From contig NC_043010.1 in assembly GCF_006345805.1 (NCBI RefSeq), forward strand, positions 36,084,001-36,148,000: 64,000 nucleotides of DNA, written 5' to 3'. Shown here piece by piece: positions 51,504-63,907 of the stretch; within the stretch, counting starts at the first letter, position 1, and each line of letters opens with the position of its first letter. The position numbers and the translations under genes are program-made. The notes under the pieces were generated by a model. The model had not been told where the DNA came from and ran no database searches. It saw only the letters and a program-made list of their open reading frames with translations. The DNA is from Octopus sinensis. Its lineage: Eukaryota.

Positions 51504-52060
51504 GGTGCGTAAGATATTTGAGGACAGATTTCTGTTTATAAAAAAAACCCCAGATATATAACAACAAATAACTTTATTTATCAAAAAATGCTATAAGGAT
51601 TAAAAATAAACTTTCTTTTCTATAATGTTATTCAATAAAGCCACCTTCAGCTTCAATAACTGTTTCTATACGAGATCTAAATCATCTACATGCTCGAATC
51701 AAGTGGTCCTGGTTCATTTTGGACATTACTCTGACTATGGCAGCTTTCATAGAATCTTTGGTGTTATGGGCGTGTTCATTGACCCCCCGCCCTCTCTCTC
51801 TCTCAAAATAGTCCAATGGATTGATATCTGGGGAGTTAAGAGTCCAAATGTTAGGGGTTATGTGATCATGAAAATTTTCAGTCATCCATTCCTGTGTTAC
51901 GAGAGCCATGTGTGATAGTGCAGAGTCTTACTGAAACACATATGGCCTTCCATTGCATACACTGTCTATCCAGGGCTTAATTATTTCCAAGACTTCAATG
52001 TAGGCGACAGAGTTAACTCTAAGGCCTTGTGGAAAGAAGTAAGGGGGTATCATGCTCTTC
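51499..52060 (-). pseudogene. Tc1/mariner DD37D (maT-type) transposase relic, 3' half
   Basis: Minus strand reads MIPPYFFPQGLRVNS..RPYVFQ*DSALSH..TQEW..SPDINPLDY..IRACR*FRSRIETVIEAEGGFIE*. There are 37 residues between the second and third catalytic D, and two in-frame stops. A TIR-like CAGAGGGTGCG begins at 51499. Confidence 0.88.
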
Positions 52061-52586
52061 GGCAGAAAGGATTGAGAAGAAAAAAAAGATGGAAAAAAAG
52101 TGCAAGAAACGGAGAGAGAAAAATGTGCCGAGTTCAACGGTCCAACATGGTGAGATGACTGGAAAAAAGAGGCTGAATGAAAGGGAGATGATGATGATGA
52201 TAATAATAACAAAAGTAATATGTGTGTGTGGGGGGGGGGACCCACCACCTCTTGACAACCGGTGTTGGTTTGTTTACATTTCTGTAACATAGCGTTCCTG
52301 ATCAAGAAACTGACAGAAGAAATACCAGGCTTAAAAAAATAAATGCCGGGGCCGATTTGTTCAACTATTTCTTTCGAGGCGGTGCCCCAGCATGGCCAAG
52401 TCGAATGAGCGAAACGAACAAAAGACATGTAAAATAAAACTAAACTATTGACTTCTCTTCAAGTGATGTTGGCATCTTGTTATCATCATCTGTTAGTCTG
52501 CTACAGATGATGACGATGGTGATGATAAGGATGACACACCAGTAAAGTGGGTATAGGGATATTTTGGGGTAATAGTTTTGTGGGTC

Positions 52587-52620
<34 letters not shown>

Positions 52621-53018
52621 GGCGTAGGAGTAGCTGTGTGGTAATTAGCTTGCTTACCAACCACATGGTCCCGGGTTCTCAGTCCCATTGCGTGGCACCT
52701 TGGGCAAGTGTCTTCTACTATAGCCTCGGGCCGACCAAAGCCTTGTGAGTGGATTTGGTAGACGGAAACTGAAAGAAGCCCGTCGTATATATGTATGTGT
52801 GTGTGTGTGTCTGTGTTTGTCCCCCCAACATCGCTTGACAACCGATGCTGGTGTGTTTACGTCCCCGTAACTTAGCAGTTCTGCAAAAGAGACCGATAGA
52901 ATAAGTACTCGGCTTACAAAGAATAAGTCCTGAGGTCGATTTGCTCGGCTAAAGGCGGCGCTCCAGCATGGTCACAGTCAAATGACTGAAACAAGTAAAA
53001 GAGTAAAGAGAGCAAAGA

Positions 53019-53020
<2 letters not shown>
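52621..53020 (+). mobile_element. SINE-A (tRNA-derived, CORE-like segment, internal microsatellite), young copy
   Basis: GGCGTAGGAGTAGCTGTGTGG head, B-box-like GGTTC.AGTCC, CCTTGGGCAAGT core, GTAAAAGA tail. More than 20 copies or fragments of this family occur in the window. Confidence 0.88.
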
Positions 53021-53054
<34 letters not shown>

Positions 53055-53524
53055 TAACAATTTCTCCTATTTGCCTATTTCTTTACTACCCACAAGGGGC
53101 TAAGCACAGAGGGGACAAACAAGGACAGACAAATGGATTAAGTCGATTACATCGACCCCAGTGCGTAACTGCTACTTAATTTATCGACCCCGAAAGGATG
53201 AAAGGCAAAGTCGACCTCGGCGGAATTTGAACTCAGAATGCAGCGGTGGATGAAATACTACAAAGCATTTCGCCCGGCGTGCTAATGTTTCTGCCAGCTC
53301 GCCACCAATTTCTCCTATTTGCCACCAGGGCGAAGGATAAGGGACACAATACAAAGAGAAGGGGTTATGAATCCCTGCACTAGACGTTTCATCTGCCTTT
53401 TATTCCCATTGTACTGATTTACCAGAACAGCAGCAGCAAGCCGAAGTAATTGGAACGCTGCGGCTGAACAGGTAGGTACACCGATGCAGGTGATAGCAAC
53501 GGAACAAACAGGCAATGGCGTCAA

Positions 53525-53769
53525 CAGCAGAAGCAGCAGCAGCAGTAGTAGCGGCGGCGGCGGCGGCGGTGGTTGTGGTGGCAGCAGTAGGAGTAGTAGT
53601 AGAAACAGAGTAACGGTAGTTGTAGCAGCAGTTGCAGTAGTAGTAGTGATGGTAATAGTAGCAGCGGCAGCAGCAGCAGTAGTAGTAGTAGCGGCGGCGG
53701 CGGCGGTGGTGGTGGCGATGATGGTGGCAGCAGTAGGAGTAGTAGTAGAAACAGAGTAATGGCCGTTGT

Positions 53770-53807
<38 letters not shown>

Positions 53808-54238
53808 CAGCAGCAGCAGCAGCAACAACAGTAGTAGTAGTAACTGTAACAGTAGAGAAGTAACATGGGCAGTATTGTAGTAATAGCAGTACTTGCATAG
53901 CAGTAGTAGTAGCACCCAAGATCAGCAGCAGTAGGAGCAGTAGTAGTACTCGCAACAGCAGTTATAGCAGCTCTCAACAACTGCATCAGCAGTAGTAGTA
54001 GTAGTAGTAGAAGCAGCAGCAGCAGCGACAGTAAAGAAGCATCATCATCATCAGCAGTAGCAGTAGTAATAGTAGTAGCAGCAGCAACAAAGAAGCATCA
54101 TATTCATCAGCAGCAGTAGTAGTAGTTGCAACAGTAAAGCATCATCATCATCATCAGCAGCAGCAGCAGTAGTAGTAGTAGTAGTAGTAGTAGTAGCAGC
54201 AGCAGCAAAGAAGCATCATATTCATCATCATCATAAGC

Positions 54239-54273
<35 letters not shown>

Positions 54274-54344
54274 CAATAGTAAAGCATCATCATCATCATC
54301 ATCAGTAGTAGTTGCAACAGTAAAGGAGCATCATCATCATCAGC

Positions 54345-54379
<35 letters not shown>

Positions 54380-54485
54380 CAGCAGCTAGCTGTTCCTTCA
54401 CAACTGCATCAGCAGCAGTAATAGTAATAGTAGTGTAGTAGTAGTATGGAGTAATGATAGCAGCAGCTCTCAGCAACAGCAGCAG
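53525..54485. repeat. Degenerate CAG/TAG/GGC/CAT trinucleotide tract with higher-order duplications
   Basis: A ~70-bp block repeats at about 53543 and 53686; aaag(a)agcatcatcat motifs recur in 54030-54340. Confidence 0.9.
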
Positions 54486-55230
54486 TTCTTACCAAACCTT
54501 GCCACCAGTCTCACATCTCATCCACACCGAGATGGTGTGATACAGATTCTCTTGGTCTGATCCATCTACTGACGCGTTGAAGAAGACATCTTTGGAGAAC
54601 GTCCTCGTTGTTTAGCCGTAGGTCAGGTTTGATCCTGTGGATGTATATTCAAAGACATTCCAACCCCAACTTTTTCCTTTTGCTTGCTTGTTCGGGCATA
54701 GTGTATCTAGGATTGCATTATCCCATGTCCTCTTTCACATTTTTTAAAATGGCAAAAGTGTAATTTAAGGAAAATTTGACTGCTATTTCTACGAGGTTGA
54801 GCGATTGCATAGAAACTTCCACGGTGGAATGTTAGTAGATGTCTTGTCATCATTATCTTCTTAATAGTTTAATTCCAGTTCAGCTCTGATCAAGCATATC
54901 TTATTTTGAAAAAGATGTTCCAGCCAGGACCATTTCATTTTAAGATACAGTGTATCTAGGATTATATCCAATGTAGTTTTTTTAGGATGGTAGGTATGCT
55001 TTGAGGGAAATTTGACTCTATTTCTTACAGTTCGAACGATCCACGTAAAGACATCCTTGTTGGTCTTGTCGGCGTGCGTTGTCATCCGTGATGCTGCCAC
55101 CGAGTTTACGACGAGCATGTCAAAAGAAAAAAGTTGTCGTTCGAATCCCACATGTAGTGAATTGAAAAACTTCGATCAACTGAGATTATCAATGCAATTA
55201 GTTGACAAAAGGTCCCTCTGAAAGTGTTTA

Positions 55231-55551
55231 CAGTGGAAGCTTGGTTCACGAATTTAATTCGTTCCTGAAGGCCGCTCGATACCCGAAATGTTCGTTAACC
55301 GAAATCCTTTTTCCCATAGGGAATTCAAGAGAACGCACAGCGAATTCGAGCAGAGATGTGCACTGAGCCTAAGCTAGACAGCAGCCTACGTTCTCCCGCT
55401 GATATTCCCAGATTGCTGCCAACTGCTGTTGCCTATTTGCGTGTTCGTTACTCGAGATACCGTTTGTCGCCAGACACGTTTTATGTTCCAAAAACTTTTC
55501 GTAAACCGATTTGTTCGTGATGAGAGGCATTCGTAAACCGAGGTTCCACTG
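55231..55551. mobile_element. Tigger/pogo-like MITE
   Basis: CAGTGGAAGCTTGGTTCACGAA / TTCGTAAACCGAGGTTCCACTG imperfect TIRs; TA on the left flank. Confidence 0.75.
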
Positions 55552-55976
55552 TTTGATATAAAGCATACAGATACTCACACGCACAAGCCTGTCTGGAATA
55601 TAGTTCTAGATAAATTATAGCTAAATGTATCTCAAAGCGATAGCAGTGTCTCTGTGTGCGTGTGGAGGAGGTGGGGGAAGCTGGAACACCTTTTGATCAA
55701 AGATCTGCTTGATGAGTGCTGATTAGAGAGAACCTCAGCATAATCTCTCAACCTGTCAGATGTCGCTGCCAAACCTGCTTAATATCGGTTCTAAATTTTG
55801 GCACAAGTCCAATAATTTCGGGGGAATGGGGTAAGTCGATGACATCGATCCCGGTAATCAGGGCGGTGCCCCAGCATGGCCACGGTCGTATGGCTGAAGC
55901 AAATAAAAGATTTGTAAAATAAAACTAAACTATTGACTTCTCTTGAAGAGATATTACCATCCAACAACACTATTGA

Positions 55977-56334
55977 CTCTTTTACTTGTTTCAGACTGTG
56001 GCCATGCTGGAGCACCTCCTTTAGTCGAGCAAATCGACTCCAGGACTTATTCTTTGTAAGCCTAGTACTTATTCTATCGGTCTCTTTTGCAGAACAGCTA
56101 GGTTACGGGGACGTAAACACACCAGCATCGGTTGTCAAGCGATGTTGGGGGGGGGGAAACAGACACACACACACACATATATATATGCATATATACGATG
56201 GGCTTCTTTCAGTTTCCGTCTACTAAATCCACTCACAAGGCTTTGGTCGGCCCGAGGCTATAGTAGAAGACACTTGCCCAAGGCGCCACGCAGTGGGACT
56301 GAACCCGGGACCATGTGGTTGGTAAGCAAGCTAC
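55977..56334 (-). mobile_element. SINE-A (5' few bases truncated)
   Basis: Reverse complement of the family consensus. Confidence 0.88.
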
Positions 56335-56654
56335 GATGATGATGATTTTGAAAGTCTAGTGTTGTGGGTATAGGAATATATTAGACTCTATACTCTAATA
56401 ATTAGAGTAATAGTTTTGTGGGTTAATAATAATAATCCTTTCTACTATAGGCACAAGGTCGGAAATTCTGGGGGTGGGGGAGGCCAGTCGATTAGCTCGA
56501 TCTCAGTATGTAACTGGTACTTAACTTATCGACCCCGAAAGGATGAAAGGCAAAGTCGACCTCGGCGGAATTTTAACTCAGAACGTAGCGACGGTCGAAA
56601 TACTGCTAAGCATTTTGCCCGGCGTGCTAACGATTCTGCCAGCTCACTGCCCTT

Positions 56655-56693
<39 letters not shown>

Positions 56694-57007
56694 CCTTTCT
56701 ACTATAGGCACAAGGCCTGAAATTTTTGGGGAGTGGGTCAGTCAATTAGAGCGACCCCAGTACGTAACTAGTACTTAATTTACCGAAACTTGCCACAAGG
56801 AAGCCATGTAGGGGGTATAAGTCGATTGCATCGACCCCACTGTTTCACTGGTACTTAATTTATCGACGCCGGAAGGCAAAGTCGACTTCAGCAGAATTTG
56901 ATCCCAGAATGTAAGGATGGACGAAATGCTGCTAAGCATTTTGCCTGTTGTGCTTACGATTCTGTCAGTTTGTCGTCTTAAATCTGCTTAATATTATACA
57001 TCCTAAA

Positions 57008-57381
57008 GGCGGCAAGCTGGCAGAATTGTTAGCACGCCGGGCGAAATGCTTAGCGGTATTTCATCTGCCGTTACGTTCTGAGTTCACATTTCGCCGAGAT
57101 CGACTTTGCCTTTCATCCTTTCGGGGTCGATTAAATAAGTACCAGTTATGCACTGGGGTCGATATAATCGACTTAATCCGTTTGTCTGTCCTTGTTTGTC
57201 CTCTCTGTGTTTAGCCTCTTGTGGGTAGTAAAGAAATAGGTATTTCATCTGTCTTTATGTTCTGAGTTCAAATTCCGCCGAGGTCGTCTTTGCCTTTGCT
57301 CCTTTCGGGGTTGATAAATTAAGTACCAGTTGCGTACTGGGTTCAAAAATTTCGGGCCTTGTGCCTAGAGTAGAAAAGAAT
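57008..57381 (+). mobile_element. SINE-B dimer
   Basis: Head, body and tail to about 57239, then a second body starting GTATTTCATCTG. Confidence 0.83.
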
Positions 57382-57526
57382 ATACCGAGTTTGCCGGTCT
57401 GCTACTCTGTTAACACAAATAACAGCGTCTTCTTTTCTGTACAGTGATAACAAATTCGGATTCGACAAATGCTAACTTAAACTTTAATCTCCCGTGGTCG
57501 ATACCAGAAATTATGATACAAGTATA

Positions 57527-57890
57527 GGCGCAGGAGTGGCTGTGTGGTAAGTAGCTTGCTTACCAACCACACTTTGGGCAAGTGTCTTCTACTATAGCCT
57601 CGGGCCGACCAAAGCCTTGTGAGTGGATTTGGTAGGCGGAAACTGAAAGAAGCCCGTCGTATATGTGTATATATATGTGTATATGTTTGTGTCTCTGTGT
57701 TTGTCCCCTCCCCCAACATCGCTTGACAACGATGCTGGTATGTTTACGTCCCCGTAACTTAGCGGTTCGGCAAAAGTCCAGTAAAATAAGTACTAGGCTT
57801 ACAAAGAATAAGTCCTGGGGTCGATTTGCTCGACTAAAGGCGGTGCTCCAGCATGGCCGCAGTCAAATGACTGAAACAAGTAAAAGAGTA
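57527..57890 (+). mobile_element. SINE-A with ~30-bp deletion in head
   Basis: Colinear with other copies, except accaaccac joins directly to actttgggcaag. Confidence 0.87.
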
Positions 57891-58139
57891 AGTGACTGTT
57901 TCCTCACCTCCTAATTTCCTAGTTGGAACTCATGCTAGAAATCAGTCTTATAATTAATAACGGAATGCGGTAGAATAGCACAATCGGTAGAGCGTGAGAT
58001 AAAATGGTCTTGCGGTATTTAATTATGGCTTTTTAAGGTTTGAGTTCAAGTCTTACCGGAACCAAGTTTGCTTTGCATCCTTCGACTATTTTATCCGGAG
58101 TCAGTATAAAGTACCAGTTAAATACTAGAGTCGATATAT

Positions 58140-58715
58140 ATTTCTTTACTACCCACAAGGGGCTAAACACAGAGAGGACAAACAAGGACGGACAAACGAA
58201 TTAAGTCGATTACATCGACTCCAGTGCGTAACTGGTACTTAATTAATCGACCCCGAAAGGATGAAAGGCAAAGTCGACCTCGGCGGAATTTGAACTCAGA
58301 ACGTAGCGGCAGACGAAATACCTATTTCTTTACTACCCACAAGGGGCTAAACACAGAGAGGACAAACAAGGACGGGCAAACGGACTAAGTCGATTACATC
58401 GACCCCAGTGCGTAACTGGTACTTATTTAATCGACCCCGAAAGGATGATAGGCAAAGTCGACCTCGGCGGAATTTGAACTCAGAACATAACGGCAGACGA
58501 AATACGTATTTCTTTATTACCCACAAGGGGCTAAACACAGAGGCAACAAACAAGGACAGACATAGGTATTAAGTCGATTACATCGACCTTAGTTCGTAAC
58601 TGGTACTTAATTTATCGACCCCGAAAGGATGAAAGGCAAAGTCGACCTCGGCGGAATTTGAACTCAGAACATAACGGCAGACGAAATGCGGCTACGCATT
58701 TCGCCCGGCGTGCTA
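58140..58715 (-). mobile_element. SINE-B trimer (one head, three ~184-bp bodies) with 16-bp TSD
   Basis: Units start near 58140, 58324 and 58507; ACTAGAGTCGATATAT flanks both sides (58124-58139, 58716-58731). Confidence 0.9.
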
Positions 58716-59496
58716 ACTAGAGTCGATATATTTGAGAATACTCACTACCACCAAATTTAATCTCTTTCAGAGAGAGAGCTTTTGTATGTTTGCGGAGACT
58801 AAAACAAAACAATGCATCGGAAGTGGAAAAATATTCGAGACAAAACTCTCAAATCTCACGCCATACTTTACTTAACCTTTTCTATTCCTCTCAGACGTTT
58901 AACATAATAAAGTCTGAGTAAAAAGACATAAGAAATTCAGTCGATTGTGTTTAACTTGAAAAGCAAAAAAAGAAAAGCAGTGATAGAAAGAAAGAGAAGG
59001 AAAATGGAATATAAAAACAATAACCAGTTCCTAGTAACTACGCATTTGAAAGATATCAATATAACGCAGTAAGATAACATATGGAACGGTTTGGGATTAC
59101 ACTTAAATTTACTGGCTTTAGTATTTGGTTTGCAAATCGTAGCCATTAAGTAGAAGTAGTATTAGCAGCGATTCAGGACTCTGACTGTGTCTTTCGGAAG
59201 CGCTGAGTTACTTTTCTTCAGAAAAGAGCATCTACGTAGTCACTTAAATTTCAGGAAATAGCGACCAAATCTGCCTAGAATTACACCGTGAGACTTAAAA
59301 AAGAAAGCGAAAGGAAACACTGGATAATGGTGATACTAAAATACACCACTCAAATAATAATAATTCGTTCGTTTATTGGCCACAAAGGGCTAACAAAAAT
59401 CAATTAAAACATAAAAGGACAAAACACAGGACGAAAGTTACAAAGGGTTTTGTCCGTTTGATAATAATAATAATAATAATAATAATAGAAGATGGG

Positions 59497-59990
59497 CTAT
59501 AGCAAATATTCTGCTCAATAACACAGATTTGCTTGTCAGTTGTTTGACCTTAACCAGCTGAGCATGTCCCTTAGTGGCTGACGATATGTGCATCTCTGAT
59601 AACAAGCAGAAGTAGTGGGGGAGCATCATAGCCATGTGTTGAGAGGGATTCTTCGGGGTTTGAATAATTCACCTCTGGAAACATGGGTGTTTCGTTCAAC
59701 ATCTTTAAACAGCCCTTATTCTGGAACCTTTTGAGCGGGATGGGTAACACGACCAGAAGAAAATTCTAACTGGGTCCCACCTGCATGGTCATGTGCTATT
59801 TATCTTGATATGAGATCACCATGTCGTGCACATATGGTTGTGATGCATGTGCCTGATGTACCCTTATCAGACGGGTAGTCATGATGGGTATTCTGGGCTT
59901 CATATATTTTACCCCAGTGTCATTTTGATGACATGCAATGCTCTCTCACTCAAAAATAATAACAATAAATAAATAAATAAATAAATAAGC
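59497..59990 (+). mobile_element. Dispersed repeat with (AAT)n tail, probable LINE 3' end
   Basis: The last ~200 bp recur at 62645-62845; both end tgctctctcactcaa followed by AAT/AAC repeats, a 5'-truncation pattern. Confidence 0.6.
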
Positions 59991-60769
59991 GATAGTCACG
60001 GCCGGCACCCTTTCTCCTAATATATTTGCTCAAGCAGGACTGACTTGAGGGCTGTTAAATATCAACGAGACGGATCCTTAAACATTACCGAGAGGAAGTT
60101 GAATCACAAGACTATCGTGTAGATTGGTTGATAAACTGGTTTAGAAAGAGGAGAGGCGAATAATAGATCACAACAACAACCACACACTTGAGATTTTCTG
60201 GAACTGGAAAGTTCTGTTTCGCTGTGCTTTATTTTTATTTCATTCTGTTTTATTTTCAAACAGAAAAACTTTTCTGATTCACTATTGAAAAGGTTGCAAG
60301 ACGCAACGAAAATTTTAGGAAAATAAAAATAAGAAACAAGTGGAAATTCAAAAAAAGAAAATGACTATTCCCAGACACAACAGTGTAGGCTTTGAGTTCA
60401 AATCTAAACTTAAGCAAGATGTCCGCCAAACACAGTATCGCTGCCATAAATTTATGTATTGTGTATATAGTGTGTGTGGAGGCGCAATGGCCCAGTGGTT
60501 AGGGCAGCGGACTCGCGGTTGTAGGATCGCGGTTTCGATTCCCAGACCGGGCGTTGTATTTATTGAGCAAAAACACCTAAAGCTCCACGAGTCTCCGGCA
60601 GGGGGTGGTGACGAACCCTGCTGTACTCTTTCACCCACAACTTTCTCTCTTTCTTTCTGCTGTACCTGTATTTCAAAGGGCCAGCCTTGTCACGCTGAAT
60701 CTCCCCGAGAACTGGGTTACGGGTACACGTGTCTGTGGAGTGTTCAGGCACTTGCACGTTACTATTGGT

Positions 60770-61410
60770 GACACTGCATAATGACAGTGTCATTATGAAC
60801 CATAGGAACCTATTATACAGTGTCATTGCTATCTTTTTATACAGTGTAATCGCAATTAATTATATAGTGTCAATTGCCACTATTTATATAGCGACGGTCA
60901 CCAATTATAGTGTCATTGATACCTATACGGTGTTCAATGCCACCAACAATCATATAGTGTCACCGACTACCAATTATATAGTGACAGTTTGTAATTATTT
61001 AGTACTGCTGTCGTCATTTATACAGTCCTCACTGTCACTAAGTACAAAACATCTTGTCATCAATTATACAGTGATGATGTATGATGAATGACTGTACCGT
61101 GGTACAGTCACTAATTATACAGCAGCGACACTAATTCAAGTTATGCAGTCACGAATTATGCCAGCCACCATTTTTATAGTCCTCGTTGCTACTAGCAAGA
61201 AAGAATCTCGCTATCAACGAATTATATAGTAACAATATCAATAATTATAATGTCAGCAACCACTTATACAGTCCTCGTTGCCAACGGTTATAAAGAACTT
61301 TTCTGTTAACTAATTATATAGTGACTATCACTAATTATTCAGCGACAGTTTCCAATTAAGCAGTGATACTGTTACAATTATACAGTAAAAGCGTCACTAA
61401 TTATGTAGTG
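60770..61410. repeat. Highly degenerate ~20-25 bp minisatellite (core AATTATAYAGT)
   Basis: The core recurs roughly every 20-25 bp with variable spacers. Confidence 0.75.
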
Positions 61411-61979
61411 TCACAGATGGGCCGCGCTCTCTCTCCCACTCATTCTTTCTTCCAGCGCATTGAGCACATAAGCGAAACACGAAGCATCAGTTACAGTACC
61501 ATGTTTAAAATCAGAATCGTCATCATTATTATTATTACTTTTAACATTAACACAAGATTACAATCCTGTAGTATGCCACACGTATGAACTTCGCTGCACC
61601 AGTGACGGAGCCACGGAGTGAAAAGGATCTTAACCTTTTCAAGGTCCTAAACCTCTAAGCGATTCTCCACTATGTCCCCCAAACCATTTTCGCAAGACTG
61701 ACAGGATTATTTTCTTTACCTAGCCCTCTAAAGTGCTAATAATTTGGATTTTCAATATGGATAACCAAAAACAAAACAGGGGGAAAAAACCCATAAAGGT
61801 TTTGTTGTGTAAAATAATAACCCTTTCTACTGGAAACACAACGCCTCAAATTTGGAGGAAGGGATTAAGTCGATTACATCGAGTCCAGTGCGTAACTGGT
61901 ACTTATTTTATAGACCCCGAAAGGGTGAAAGGCAAAGTCGACCTCGGCGTGTTAACGATTCTGCCAGCTCGCCGCCTTA

Positions 61980-62240
61980 ATAATGATGATGATGATGATG
62001 ATAATGATGATGATGATGATGATAATGATGATGATGATGACGATGATGATGATAATGATGATAATGATGATGATAACGATGACGATGATAATGATGTTAA
62101 CGATGACGATGATAATGATGATGATAACGATGATGATGATAACAATGATGATGATAACAATGATGATAATGATGATAATAATGATGATGATAATGATGAT
62201 AATAAGGATGATAATGATAATGATGATGATGATGATGATG
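61980..62240. repeat. (GAT/AAT/GAC)n tract
   Basis: Direct reading; follows a SINE-B head. Confidence 0.92.
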
Positions 62241-63617
62241 GATTACCATCGAAGACGGCGTATGAGTGTTCAGTTTTTGCCGAACGACACGCACAAACGA
62301 TTTGTCTATAGTGATCAAACGTACGTGCCGCACATTAAGCTCACTTCCGCCATCAAATCGAAGTTTCATGAACAGGTGTACGGTGTACAACGCGCCAGGT
62401 GTGGAAGTGATCGCAGAGCAACGTGAGATGAATAACAACTATAGGCACAAAGCCTGAAATTTGGGGGAGGAGATTAGTCGATTACATCGACCCCCACCCA
62501 ATACTCAAATGGTACTTATTTTATCGACCCCGGAAGGATGAAAGGCAAAGTGGGCCTCGGTGGATTTTGAAATCAGAACGTTAAAAACGGGCAAAATGCT
62601 TAAAATAGCAATAAACCTTTCTACTGTTGGTACAAAGCCTGAAAGGTCGTGTGCTGCTTATCTTGATATGAGATCACCATGTCGCGCACATATGATTGTG
62701 ATTGATGCATGTGCCTAGTATACCCTTATCAGACGGGTAGCCATGATGGGTATACTGGGCTTCGTATATTTTACCCCAGTGTCACTTTGATGACATGCAC
62801 TGCTCTCTCACTCAACAACAACAACAACAATAATAATAATAATAATCTAGAGTCCTGAGTGCCATTACTTCCATATTCCCATGACCTGTGGTTACCCTAT
62901 GGTTAAGAATATCCTGCTTAAGGTTGTTCCTTGATTTGCGAGAAATTGCAGCCAAATCTCTTCGAAACCACTCTCCTGCAAATCCCCAAAACACGCAAAT
63001 AAAGAAAAAGAATGCATGCATCAGATAGTATTGTTTAGTATGTCTTTGATCTGCAAGATGATCTCTTACGGGTGGGAGGCTACACGAGGTTAAAAGCTTC
63101 AACAATGCACCAACAACTTCACAGTCCTAGAAGGATGAGATCTGGACTCACAGTATAGAGAGAGAGAGAAAGAGGGAGAGAGAGAGAGAGAGAGAGAGAG
63201 TAAATTCTGCAAAACATATAATTTTGCCCTGTCCCACATTTTTTTTCTTCAGTTATCCCACGAATATAACAATAGACATCAGCAGCTGTAGCAACAGCAG
63301 CAGCAGCAGTTGTAACCGTGATGGTGTTTTCTAAGGCACAAGGTGAAAGGGTCAGCAGTATAGTCGATTGTATCGACCTCCAATACTCTAGTGGTAATTA
63401 TTTTATCGATCCAGAAGAGATTATAAGCAAAGTCGAGCTATCGCTATAAACGCGATTTCTTAATTATTAGGATTAAGGTCTTCCTCTACTCTGTGGTGTG
63501 CAGCATCACTGCTGCCGCAGCCACTGCACCATCAGCCACATCACCATCGCCATGACCTTCTGGTGCCTCATATTTGACTTGTAAAAATTAGAGTGTCGTC
63601 AATCAAATATATCTCCA

Positions 63618-63907
<290 letters not shown>

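Noticed and set aside
53315-53986. Long ORFs in several frames (also 4700-5050, 13065-13601, 19568-20071, 61733-62426, 7644-8153)
   Set aside because: All are translations of di- or trinucleotide repeats, open on both strands, with no domain content.
58140-58715. Regularly spaced repeats suggestive of a CRISPR array (also 60770-61410, 50533-50700)
   Set aside because: Eukaryotic context, no cas genes, and no unique spacers of constant length; explained as SINE multimers and minisatellites.
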